Below are positions 9,910-18,651 of a stretch of 64,000 bases of DNA, one piece after another. Under the pieces are notes generated by a model. That model was given only the letters and a program-made list of their open reading frames with translations, did not search any database and was not told the origin of the DNA. The position numbers and the translations under genes were made by a program. The stretch comes from Nitrospira sp. (GTDB lineage Bacteria > Nitrospirota > Nitrospiria > Nitrospirales > Nitrospiraceae), in the NCBI GenBank assembly GCA_047150005.1, contig AP038806.1, positions 3,872,001-3,936,000 on the forward strand, written 5' to 3'. Within the stretch, counting starts at the first letter, position 1. Every line of letters begins with the position of its first letter.

Positions 9910-11103
9910 TCAGGTAAGTTGCGCCAAGGCATTGTCAAGTCGTTCCAGGCCCCGTTTGATTGTGTCCATACCCGTGGCGTAGGACAGACGGACATGAGCC
10001 TGACTGCCGAACGGCTCGCCCGGCACGACGGCGATATGCGCGGTCTTCAGTAAATAGTTGGCCAGATCCGTCGGGGTCTTGACCACACCATCGGGGCCGC
10101 GCCTGCCCAAGACGCCGGAGACATTGGGAAAGGCATAGAATGCGCCGGTCGGCATCCGGCACGAGACACCACGTATGCCATTCAACCCTTCCACAATCAC
10201 CCGTCGTCGCTGATCGAACTCCACGACCATCCGCGCGGTGAAGTCATCGCCGTCTCGCAACGCGGCCACCGCGGCCTTTTGGGAAATTGAGCAGGGATTC
10301 GACGTGCTCTGACTTTGAATGTTTCCCATCGCTGCGATCAGGTCTCGGGGACCCGCGGCATACCCGATTCGCCATCCCGTCATGGCATAGGCCTTGGACA
10401 CTCCGTTGATGATGATCGTACGGGCGGCGATGTCCGTGCCGAGTGTCGCGATGCTGATGTGGACGGTCCCGTCGTAGATGATTTTTTCGTAAATTTCGTC
10501 CGAGATCACCAGCAAATCATGGCGAAGCGCGATCGCGGCGATGGCTTCCAACGTCGCTCGGCCATAGGTCGCACCAGTCGGATTGCACGGGCTGTTGACG
10601 ATGATGGCTTTCGTGCGGGGCGTGACCAGGCGCTCAAGTTCCGCTGCATGGATCGCGTAGCCGTCTTTTTCGCTGGTGGGAAGCAGCACAGCCGTGGCGT
10701 CATTGAGGAGCGCCTGATCGGAATACGAGACCCAGTAGGGGGTGGGGATGATGATCTCGTCTCCCGCTTCCAATAGAGCTTCCGCCACGTTGTACAAAGA
10801 ATGTTTGGCTCCGCAGGAGATCAGAACCTGAGATTTCTCGTACCGAAGTCCCAACTCGCGTTGCAGCTTGTCGACGACGGCGCCGCGCAATTCCTCGGTT
10901 CCGGACGACGGCGTGTACTTGGTAAACCCGGCACGAATTGCCGCCTCGGCGGCAGATTTTACGGCTTCCGGCGTATCAAAGTCAGGTTCACCGGTCGAAA
11001 AGTCGATGACATCGATTCCTTGAGCCGCCATGGCTTTCGCCGTCGCAGCCATGGCCAACGTAGGGGAAGGAGCGATGCGGCCGACGCGGGAGGCCAGCTT
11101 CAT
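9910..11103 (-). CDS. aspC: PLP-dependent aminotransferase class I (aspartate aminotransferase)
   Basis: GEPDFDTP, NSPCNPTG, SDEIY and SKAYAMTGWRIG. Confidence 0.9.
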   Translation of the reverse strand: MKLASRVGRIAPSPTLAMAATAKAMAAQGIDVIDFSTGEPDFDTPEAVKSAAEAAIRAGFTKYTPSSGTEELRGAVVDKLQRELGLRYEKSQVLISCGAKHSLYNVAEALLEAGDEIIIPTPYWVSYSDQALLNDATAVLLPTSEKDGYAIHAAELERLVTPRTKAIIVNSPCNPTGATYGRATLEAIAAIALRHDLLVISDEIYEKIIYDGTVHISIATLGTDIAARTIIINGVSKAYAMTGWRIGYAAGPRDLIAAMGNIQSQSTSNPCSISQKAAVAALRDGDDFTARMVVEFDQRRRVIVEGLNGIRGVSCRMPTGAFYAFPNVSGVLGRRGPDGVVKTPTDLANYLLKTAHIAVVPGEPFGSQAHVRLSYATGMDTIKRGLERLDNALAQLT

Positions 11104-11588
11104 GGTTTCAGACTCCGTATACGTGTCTGGAGGCGCCGCGCCACCTCCGGATGAAGAAACGCGGTCAGCGGGCCCCCATGCATCGCGATATCCTTGATGA
11201 TCGTCGATGAGAGATACGAATATTCCTCGCTGGGCATCAAGAACACCGTTTCGACCCGCTTGGCCAGTTTGCGATTGACCAGCGCCATCTGAAATTCGTG
11301 CTCGAAATCCGAAATGGCGCGCAACCCTCGAATGATCGCATGCGCCCCGGACTGCTGAACGTAGTCCACCAGAAGTCCGTCAAATGTCACGACCTCGACC
11401 TGCCCGAGATCTTTCATGACCAACCTCACCATCTCGACGCGCTCCGTCATATCGAAGAGCGGATGCTTGGTCGGATTCGGAGCGACGGCCACAACCACTT
11501 TGTCGAACACCCGCAGGCTGCGCGTAATGATGTCCGTATGCCCATGGGTAATCGGATCGAAGGTGCCCGGATAGATGCCGATCTTCAT
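11100..11588 (-). CDS. coaD: Phosphopantetheine adenylyltransferase
   Basis: YPGTFDPITHGH and IRGLRAISDFEHE; start at ATG 11588 overlapping the rsmD stop. Confidence 0.97.
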   Translation of the reverse strand: MKIGIYPGTFDPITHGHTDIITRSLRVFDKVVVAVAPNPTKHPLFDMTERVEMVRLVMKDLGQVEVVTFDGLLVDYVQQSGAHAIIRGLRAISDFEHEFQMALVNRKLAKRVETVFLMPSEEYSYLSSTIIKDIAMHGGPLTAFLHPEVARRLQTRIRSLKP

Positions 11589-12157
11589 GCCGACGCCCGC
11601 TGACGCGGCGCCGCGCCGTAGAGCAGCAGGGCGGTATCGCCATACACATATCGCCGAATCAATGCCGCACCCGGAAATGACGCCGGCAACACCGCTTTCG
11701 CGTTTTGCTCGATGACCATCAGACCGTCCTCCACGAGAAGCTCCGTCGTCCACACCGTCCGCAACGTTTCGATCGCCTGCGTATCGGCGTATGGGGGGTC
11801 GGCGAAGACGACGTTATACGGCCCATCCCACCAATTAGGTCGAGCCAGGAAGTCCTGCGTACGACCGGCCCTGACGTGTACCTGATCCTCAAAGCCACAG
11901 ACCGCGAGATTCTTTCGCAGTACCTGCAGTGCGTGCGGGTCACATTCCACAAAGGTCACCGCCTCCGCCCCACGGCTGATCGCTTCGATCCCGACTGCTC
12001 CGGTTCCCGCATACAGATCCAGAAACCGGCCGCCCGGTACCCGAGGGTCGAGAATGGAAAACAGCGCCTCGCGCACCTTATCAGACGTGGGACGCAGCGT
12101 CGTCCCTTGTGGCCCACACAAGTGTCGACCTCGGTGGGAGCCGGCTATGATGCGCAT
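11585..12157 (-). CDS. rsmD: 16S rRNA m2G966 methyltransferase
   Basis: MRIIAG, LRPTSDKVREALF, DLYAGTGAVGIEAISRG and DPPY. Confidence 0.95.
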   Translation of the reverse strand: MRIIAGSHRGRHLCGPQGTTLRPTSDKVREALFSILDPRVPGGRFLDLYAGTGAVGIEAISRGAEAVTFVECDPHALQVLRKNLAVCGFEDQVHVRAGRTQDFLARPNWWDGPYNVVFADPPYADTQAIETLRTVWTTELLVEDGLMVIEQNAKAVLPASFPGAALIRRYVYGDTALLLYGAAPRQRASA

Positions 12158-12312
12158 AGTCAATCAGGTGAGAAGACGCTCAGGAGTCAATGACTCTAAC
12201 ATAGCGTTTTTGAAGGGGTCAAGGAGCGCGCACTGCGCGGGAAGCCGCAGAACGAACAGCTTCTACCATGCGGAGTCCTGGCCAAAATCCGATTCAGATG
12301 ATTGGTGCTATT

Positions 12313-12341
12313 TTGACGAGGTATGCGTGGCTGACTATAAT
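12313..12341 (+). promoter_or_regulatory. Near-consensus sigma-70 promoter with no adjacent sense gene
   Basis: TTGACG-N17-TATAAT. Confidence 0.6.
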
Positions 12342-12434
12342 TCGCGGACGTGGGGGCCGACCTAGGCGGCGAGAGGCGCCAGGGCGGAAAGACGACAGTT
12401 CGATCGCTCTCGCAACTGCGAGGATACCGAATCG

Positions 12435-12617
12435 CTATCGAGCCGCCACCGGCGTGCTCGGTTGCGCATCGCGTGCGGCAAGGCTCTTGCGGCGATTATT
12501 CGAAATCGTGCGATCGATGATCGCGCCGCAGTTGATACATTTCCAGGCGTAGAAAATCAGGAAGAAATCTGAGAACCGCTCCAGCATCATGAGGCCTTTG
12601 CACTTCGGACATTCCAT
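12435..12617 (-). CDS. Small zinc-ribbon protein (60 aa)
   Basis: MECPKCKGLM...WKCINCGAIID; GGGAGGGA RBS just upstream of ATG 12617. Confidence 0.85.
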   Translation of the reverse strand: MECPKCKGLMMLERFSDFFLIFYAWKCINCGAIIDRTISNNRRKSLAARDAQPSTPVAAR

Positions 12618-12661
12618 CGATCCCTCCCAGGTGATGACGTGCACAGCTGCCGGCCTGGCTA

Positions 12662-12677
12662 AGCAAGAGCTACACCA
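12662..12677 (-). promoter_or_regulatory. Sigma-54 (-24/-12) promoter of the small Zn-ribbon gene
   Basis: TGGTGTAGCTCTTGCT, i.e. GG-N10-GC with TTGCT, about 45 bp upstream of the ATG. Confidence 0.6.
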
Positions 12678-12811
12678 CATGGTCGCCATACGTAATTTCA
12701 ACACCTTAGCTGTTACGTATTTGCCACCAAGGGGGATCCAAGGCATCTTTTTCCGGTACAAAAACGTTCACCGTGTCATATTTTTGTTCGGGAAAAGCGG
12801 AAATCCAAGGG

Positions 12812-13555
12812 ATGCGGACAGGAACGACAGGCATGAGTATCTCGCACTGGCCGGAGGCTGAACGCCCCCGCGAACGACTCTTGGCTCGGGGCGCAGCCGC
12901 CCTGACCGATGCACAGCTGCTGGCCATCTTGCTGCGGGTGGGCCGACACCGGTCCACCGCGGTCGAAGTCGGCATGGACGTCCTCCACCGTGTGGGGGGA
13001 CTCAACGGGTTAGCTCGATGCGGACTTGAAGAGCTGTGTGCCGTCCCCGGCATCGGTGAGGCGAAGGCCGCGCAACTCAAGGCCGCGCTGGAGCTGGGGC
13101 GACGCGCGATGGCGTCGCCCCTGTCGAAAGGCACGAGGATTTCTTCCAGCCGAGATCTGTTCAACCACTTTCATTCCAGCCTGCGCGATCTCCGTCACGA
13201 GATTTTTAAGGTTGTGCTCTTGGACGCCAAACACAGCATCGTGCGGGAAGCCACGGTCTCGGAAGGCAGTCTGACCCTCAGCATCGTCCACCCCCGCGAG
13301 GTATTTTCGCTGGCCGTGAAGGAATCCGCGGCAGCGGTGATCTTCCTGCATAATCATCCGAGCGGCGATCCCACTCCCAGCCGGGAAGACCGACTGCTCA
13401 CCGCCAGACTGGTCGCGGCCGGGGAGATTCTCGGGATTCGCGTACTTGACCATCTCGTCATCGGTGACGGACACTATGTCAGTTTTGCCGATCAAGGATG
13501 GCTGCATCAATCCGGCAAAGCTGACCTGACGCCAGAGGAGGCTATCGAACTGTAA
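12812..13555 (+). CDS. radC: RadC/JAB-domain protein
   Basis: ERPRERL, HhH motif GIGEAKA, VHPREVF, HNHPSGDPTPSRED and LDHLVIG. Confidence 0.95.
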   Translation: MRTGTTGMSISHWPEAERPRERLLARGAAALTDAQLLAILLRVGRHRSTAVEVGMDVLHRVGGLNGLARCGLEELCAVPGIGEAKAAQLKAALELGRRAMASPLSKGTRISSSRDLFNHFHSSLRDLRHEIFKVVLLDAKHSIVREATVSEGSLTLSIVHPREVFSLAVKESAAAVIFLHNHPSGDPTPSREDRLLTARLVAAGEILGIRVLDHLVIGDGHYVSFADQGWLHQSGKADLTPEEAIEL

Positions 13556-13605
13556 CGCATCTCTCCGGAAGACCAGACACTTCCGGCAAACCAGAGGAGG
13601 GCCCC

Positions 13606-15708
13606 ATGAACGAGCTGCGGACCGCGTCTCTCAGGAATGTGGCTGTGATCGGGAGCCGGGGAGCAGGAAAAACGTCACTCACAGAGGCACTGCTCTTCTG
13701 TGCCGGGGCCGTCTCGAAACTCGGCACGATCGCCCAAGGCTCGACCGTATCGGACTTCGAACCGGAAGAACAGCACCATCGCAGCTCCGTGAGCACCGGT
13801 CTCCTCCGATTCGCGTGGAATCAGGTTTCCATCACGCTCCTCGACACACCCGGCTCGTTAAGCCTCCTCGGCGAGCCGCTGACCGCACTTGAAGCCGCCG
13901 ATGCCGTCATCGTCGTGCTGAATCCCGACACCGGCATCCGCAGTGAACTGATTCGGCTCTGGACCCGCGTCCGTGAACGCCAACTCCCGTGTCTGTTGTT
14001 CATCAATGAGCCCGAGAACCATTCGAAACCGCTCGACGACCTGTTGGCCGCTTGCCGGCGGGACCTCGATATCAGTCCCATACCCATGACGCTGCCCCTC
14101 TATCACGACGGGGTGATGGAGGGAGTCGTCGACCTCCTCGGACAAATGGTCCTCCGCTCCAGAACCGACAGCCCCAAATGCGAGACCAGCGCCGTGCCTG
14201 AAATGATACAGCCTGAGGCCACCGAGGGGTTGAAGCGCCTGCAAGAGGCCGTCGCCGACATGGACGACCAATTGTTGGAACGATACCTCTCGGCAGGAGA
14301 GCTGACGGCCAGCGATTTGGCGACCGGTATTCGGATCGGCGTGCACAAGATCGGATTGGTTCCGCTCTACAGCGGCTCGGCGTTGAGAAATGTCGGGGTC
14401 TCGCCCTTGCTGGCGGCCATCAAGGACTGGCTTCCATCGCCGGAAGAGCGGCCGCAGGCGGTGCCCGTCACCGACGCGGACCAACTCGCCGGTGCGGAGA
14501 CTGTCACGTCCAAGCCTCATGGAGCGTCCTTTTCTGGATTCATCTTCAAGACCCTCATCGATCCGTTTGTCGGGCGCCTGTCTTACGTCCGTATCGTCTC
14601 GGGAGTCTTGCAGACCGACTCCATCATTTTTAACGGATCGAGACAGATCAAAGAGAAATGCGGTCATTTGTATACGCTGCTCGGAAAAAAACACACGGCG
14701 GTCCCATCGGCCATGGCAGGGGAGATCATCGCCATCGGGAAACTGAAAGACGCCCAGACGGGGGATACCCTGTGCGAGGAGCGAGATCCGGTCCGCTATG
14801 CTTGGCCGGCCCTTCCTCGTCCTGTGTTGTCGTTCGCCGTCGAACCGAAATCCGGCGCCGACATCGACAAGGTCAGTCTTGGCCTCCACAAGTTGATTGA
14901 AGAGGACCCGACGCTCGATTTTTCACGAAACGCGGACACGAAGGAAATGGTCCTGAGCGGCATGGGACAGCTCCATCTCGATCTGGCTCTGGAAAAATTG
15001 CATCGCAAGTATGGAGCCGAAGTCGTCATTCACATCCCAAAGATCCCGTACCGGGAGACGATCCGCGGCACGGCTCAGGCACAGGGCAAGTACAAGAAGC
15101 AGACCGGCGGCCACGGTCAATACGGCGACTGCTGGCTTGAGATCGTCCCGACCGCCAGAGGAACAGGATTTTCGTTCGAAAACCGGATCGTAGGAGGCGT
15201 CATCCCGAGAAATTTCATTCCCGCCGTCGAAAAGGGGGTCGTGGAGGCCATGCACCACGGCACGCTCGCGGGATTTCCCGTCGTCGACATCCGCGTGGCG
15301 GTCTATGACGGGTCATATCATGTCGTCGACTCCTCGGAGATGTCATTCAAGATCGCGGCCTCCATGGCCTTCAAGAAAGCGATGGAGACGGCCCATCCTG
15401 TGCTTCTGGAACCGGTGATGACGGTGGAAATCGAGGCACCGGCCGACCATATCGGCGCGGTGATCGGCGATCTCAACGCTCGGCGGGGTAGGATCCTGCA
15501 CGTGGAGGCCAGAGGGCATGCCGAACTGGTCAAGGCGTTGGTCCCCCTGTCCGAACTCCTCACCTACACCACGACTCTCAACGCGTTGACCGGCGGGGGA
15601 GGGAGCTATGTGATGGAGTTGGCGCGCTATGAGGAGGTCCCTCGAGAGATCACCCTGAAGATCCTGGAGGAGCAGAAAGCGGCGCGGCAGACCGTCGCCA
15701 CCTCATGA
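13606..15708 (+). CDS. Elongation factor G paralogue (EF-G2-like) with degenerate GTPase motifs
   Basis: EF-G domains III-V intact (EEDPTL, GMGQLHL, YRETI, KKQTGGHGQYG, DGSYHVVDSSEMSF); G-domain motifs altered. Confidence 0.9.
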   Translation: MNELRTASLRNVAVIGSRGAGKTSLTEALLFCAGAVSKLGTIAQGSTVSDFEPEEQHHRSSVSTGLLRFAWNQVSITLLDTPGSLSLLGEPLTALEAADAVIVVLNPDTGIRSELIRLWTRVRERQLPCLLFINEPENHSKPLDDLLAACRRDLDISPIPMTLPLYHDGVMEGVVDLLGQMVLRSRTDSPKCETSAVPEMIQPEATEGLKRLQEAVADMDDQLLERYLSAGELTASDLATGIRIGVHKIGLVPLYSGSALRNVGVSPLLAAIKDWLPSPEERPQAVPVTDADQLAGAETVTSKPHGASFSGFIFKTLIDPFVGRLSYVRIVSGVLQTDSIIFNGSRQIKEKCGHLYTLLGKKHTAVPSAMAGEIIAIGKLKDAQTGDTLCEERDPVRYAWPALPRPVLSFAVEPKSGADIDKVSLGLHKLIEEDPTLDFSRNADTKEMVLSGMGQLHLDLALEKLHRKYGAEVVIHIPKIPYRETIRGTAQAQGKYKKQTGGHGQYGDCWLEIVPTARGTGFSFENRIVGGVIPRNFIPAVEKGVVEAMHHGTLAGFPVVDIRVAVYDGSYHVVDSSEMSFKIAASMAFKKAMETAHPVLLEPVMTVEIEAPADHIGAVIGDLNARRGRILHVEARGHAELVKALVPLSELLTYTTTLNALTGGGGSYVMELARYEEVPREITLKILEEQKAARQTVATS

Positions 15709-15715
15709 CGAAGCC

Positions 15716-17137
15716 CTATGGATCACCCGCTTTCAAGACGACGTAGAAGGCTCGGTTTTCCCGCAGCACGCGCAAGAGGACGGTCTCACCACGGCGGATC
15801 TTCGAGACGGCCGCCGTGAATTCACCGACCGACCCGGCGTCGACGCGGTTGACTTCTTTAATCAGATCGCCCTCCCGCAGCCCTTCGGATTGGGCCAGGC
15901 TTCCCGGTTCCACTTTGGTAATCAGCACGCCTCGGGTTTCCCGCAACCGAAACTTGTCCGCCAATGCGGCCGTCAGATCCTGAAGGTCCAGCCCCAGCTT
16001 CACGTCCGTGCGCGACGGCGGCAGGGAGGCGACCACGGCTTGATCCCGTCGTTCACTCAGGGCGACGTCCAGCACCATGCGTTTCTTGTCCCGCACCACC
16101 TCGACCTTGGCCGTAGCACCCGGTTGCAACCCCGCCACGACTCGGGAGAGACGGTTGGGGGTGTCCACCACCGTGCCTTCGATCCGTGTGATGATGTCGC
16201 CCGGTTTGATGCCGGCCGCCGCCGCCGGATCCTTCTCGAATACTTCATTGACCAGCACCCCTTCGTTTTCCGTCACTCCGAACTTCCTGGCCAGCTCCGG
16301 CGTCAGCGGCTGGATGCCCACACCCAACCATCCCCGGACGACACGGCCTTGGGCCACCAACTGCTGCAGCACCTGCTTGGCCATATTGGACGGAATGGCA
16401 AACCCGATCCCTTGCGCAAAGTTGATGATGGCGGTATTGATGCCGATCACCTCGCCACGCAAGTTAAAGAGCGGCCCGCCGGAGTTTCCCGGATTGATCG
16501 AGGCGTCAGTCTGAATAAAGTTCTCGTAGCGCGACAGATTGACGTTCTCGCGACCGATCCCGCTCACGACACCGAGCGTCACCGTCCGATCTAACCCGAA
16601 CGGATTGCCGACGGCCAAGACCCATTGCCCCACGCGCACTCCGGACGAATCGCCGAACTTGGCATAGGGGAGAGGACGGTCGGCGGTGACCTTCAGGACG
16701 GCCAAGTCCGTATCCGGATCCTTGCCGACGACCTGCGCGATCAGCTTTGATTTGTCGGAGAGTCGTACTTCAACTTCGCTCGCATCCCCGATCACATGAT
16801 TGTTCGTGACGATATGGCCGTCGGGATCGATGAGGACGCCGGAGCCGGAACCGGGAGAGTTCGGAGTCCGCTCCTGCAGAAAATCCCGTCCCTTTCCGCT
16901 CGGGCTCACCGGAAACAGATTGACCACCGACGGCTTAGTCGTCTCGGCCAGCTCGGTGATGACCGCTTGAATCTCCTCCAACATCTGCAGACCGGTCGCC
17001 CTCCCAGCCTCCGCAGCTCCCACGCCCGTGCGCTGAACAGAGACGATAGACACCACAAGGGTCGCCAGCATGATGAGCAGGGCAGGGGGTCTTCTGAACG
17101 AAACTATTGGTGTCATGGTCTCGGCAGTGTACACCAC
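15716..17137 (-). CDS. DegQ/HtrA serine endoprotease with two PDZ domains
   Basis: TNNHV, DTDLAV and QTDASINPGNSGGPL; two PDZ domains; N-terminal hydrophobic segment. Confidence 0.95.
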   Translation of the reverse strand: MVYTAETMTPIVSFRRPPALLIMLATLVVSIVSVQRTGVGAAEAGRATGLQMLEEIQAVITELAETTKPSVVNLFPVSPSGKGRDFLQERTPNSPGSGSGVLIDPDGHIVTNNHVIGDASEVEVRLSDKSKLIAQVVGKDPDTDLAVLKVTADRPLPYAKFGDSSGVRVGQWVLAVGNPFGLDRTVTLGVVSGIGRENVNLSRYENFIQTDASINPGNSGGPLFNLRGEVIGINTAIINFAQGIGFAIPSNMAKQVLQQLVAQGRVVRGWLGVGIQPLTPELARKFGVTENEGVLVNEVFEKDPAAAAGIKPGDIITRIEGTVVDTPNRLSRVVAGLQPGATAKVEVVRDKKRMVLDVALSERRDQAVVASLPPSRTDVKLGLDLQDLTAALADKFRLRETRGVLITKVEPGSLAQSEGLREGDLIKEVNRVDAGSVGEFTAAVSKIRRGETVLLRVLRENRAFYVVLKAGDP

Positions 17138-17182
17138 CAGGAATCGAGAAACATACGGGAGGTCGTCGGATCAGTCATCTCG

Positions 17183-17821
17183 CTAAATGGGCTTGACTTT
17201 TCGGGACGTCCCGAACCAGGTCGCTACCTGGTCCAACTCGGAACGCGACCCCATGACCACGACGACATCATCCGGCTGGAACACCAAGGAGTCGGACGGC
17301 GGGATGAGAAACGGTCCCCGAAACACAGTGATCACTCGGACCGATGCCGGGAGCGTCAGATCCGAGGCATGTTTTCCGATGGCAGGAGCGCGCCGGGCCA
17401 CGAACATCCGTTCCAGCGCAACCGAATGCAGACTCAAGTCGCGCTGCAGCGTCAGCAGATCCTCGTGAATGGTTTCCATCTTCAATTCGCGGATCTGTCC
17501 GTCGACGCGGTGCAGGGCCTGCTTCAGATCACGGACACGTCCGACCGACTGATCCAATGTCCGTTGGAACTCGTCCGGCGTGATCGAGAGGCTGCCCCGG
17601 CCGGCCGATATCTTGTCGGAAATGACGTCGGCAATCCGGTGCCCCAATTCGCCGTGCGCGCTTTCGATCTGGCTCAAGAGCTGGGCGGCCTGGCTGTGCA
17701 GACGCAGGATGTGGACCTTCCGATTGACACGCTCCGCCACCGCCACGACCGATTCGTAGACGGCGTTGCCGGTCAGCGACAGTTCTTTCTGTAAGCGGCC
17801 GATGAATTCCAGGGGCAGCAT
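17183..17821 (-). CDS. Coiled-coil plus TrkA-C (RCK_C) domain protein
   Basis: C-terminal IGK..DL.LP..VITVFRG..IPP....FQPDDVVVVMG pattern. Confidence 0.7.
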   Translation of the reverse strand: MLPLEFIGRLQKELSLTGNAVYESVVAVAERVNRKVHILRLHSQAAQLLSQIESAHGELGHRIADVISDKISAGRGSLSITPDEFQRTLDQSVGRVRDLKQALHRVDGQIRELKMETIHEDLLTLQRDLSLHSVALERMFVARRAPAIGKHASDLTLPASVRVITVFRGPFLIPPSDSLVFQPDDVVVVMGSRSELDQVATWFGTSRKVKPI

Positions 17822-18126
17822 CCGACGATTATCTCTTGTGTCTGATAAGGGTTATTATGTAAACTTGCAGCTCTTGCCCTATGCCGCACCGCACATCTTG
17901 TCACATCTGTCCCGTACGTGGCCACCTCCAGCCGCATATGTCTACGCTAGCACAGCCCGACTCTTGACCGCCACATTGCCGAAGAATGGATACGAACCGT
18001 CATGAATTGGTCGAGCGGAAGCGAACCGAGCCACAGCGTCAATCACGAGTGGATCGTCACCTTGCTGATGTATATCGGCGTGTATTGTCGCAGGCACAGG
18101 AACGGATTCCGCAACCTCGACCTGTG

Positions 18127-18639
18127 TTAGGCCGGTCCTTTCCGCATCAAGTCCCGAAGCACCTGAATAATGACTTCAGGTCTGGGTGGGCACCCCGGAA
18201 TCCGGACATCGACCGGCACATGGCGATCGACCGGCCCGGTCACCGCATAGCTCCCTTTGAAAAGACCGCAGTTGATAGCGCAATCGCCCAGCGCGATCAC
18301 CAGTTTTGGATCCGGAGTTTGTTTATGGACATCCTTCAACGCCTGCTCCATGTTCACCGTAACCGGACCGGTAACGACCAAGGCATCCGCGTGCCGGGGC
18401 GACGCGGCGATATGAATGCCGAATCGCTCGCTGTCATGGACCGGGTTCGTCAGGGCATTCATCTCCATCTCGCAGGCATTGCAGGAGCCGGTATCGACTT
18501 CCCGGATGGTCAGGGAGCGCCTGAAGGGCGCGGCTTTCTCACGGGCCTCTGCGGTCACTGCATCGGGCGCCCCCTGTGCATCAGGGTGACGGCCCGTCAC
18601 GACGCCCGTTTTGAGACTTTTCTTCAGAATACGAAACAT
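18127..18639 (-). CDS. hyfI: Hydrogenase-4/Ehr small subunit (NuoB-like, 4Fe-4S)
   Basis: GSCNACE, SPRHAD, GDCA and IPGCPPRP. Confidence 0.9.
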   Translation of the reverse strand: MFRILKKSLKTGVVTGRHPDAQGAPDAVTAEAREKAAPFRRSLTIREVDTGSCNACEMEMNALTNPVHDSERFGIHIAASPRHADALVVTGPVTVNMEQALKDVHKQTPDPKLVIALGDCAINCGLFKGSYAVTGPVDRHVPVDVRIPGCPPRPEVIIQVLRDLMRKGPA

Positions 18640-18651
18640 ATGTCCCTCCGG

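Noticed and set aside
12812..13555. radC as a marker of a mobile element or defence island
   Set aside because: Full-length HhH+JAB chromosomal form among housekeeping genes, with no integrase, att sites or compositional shift.
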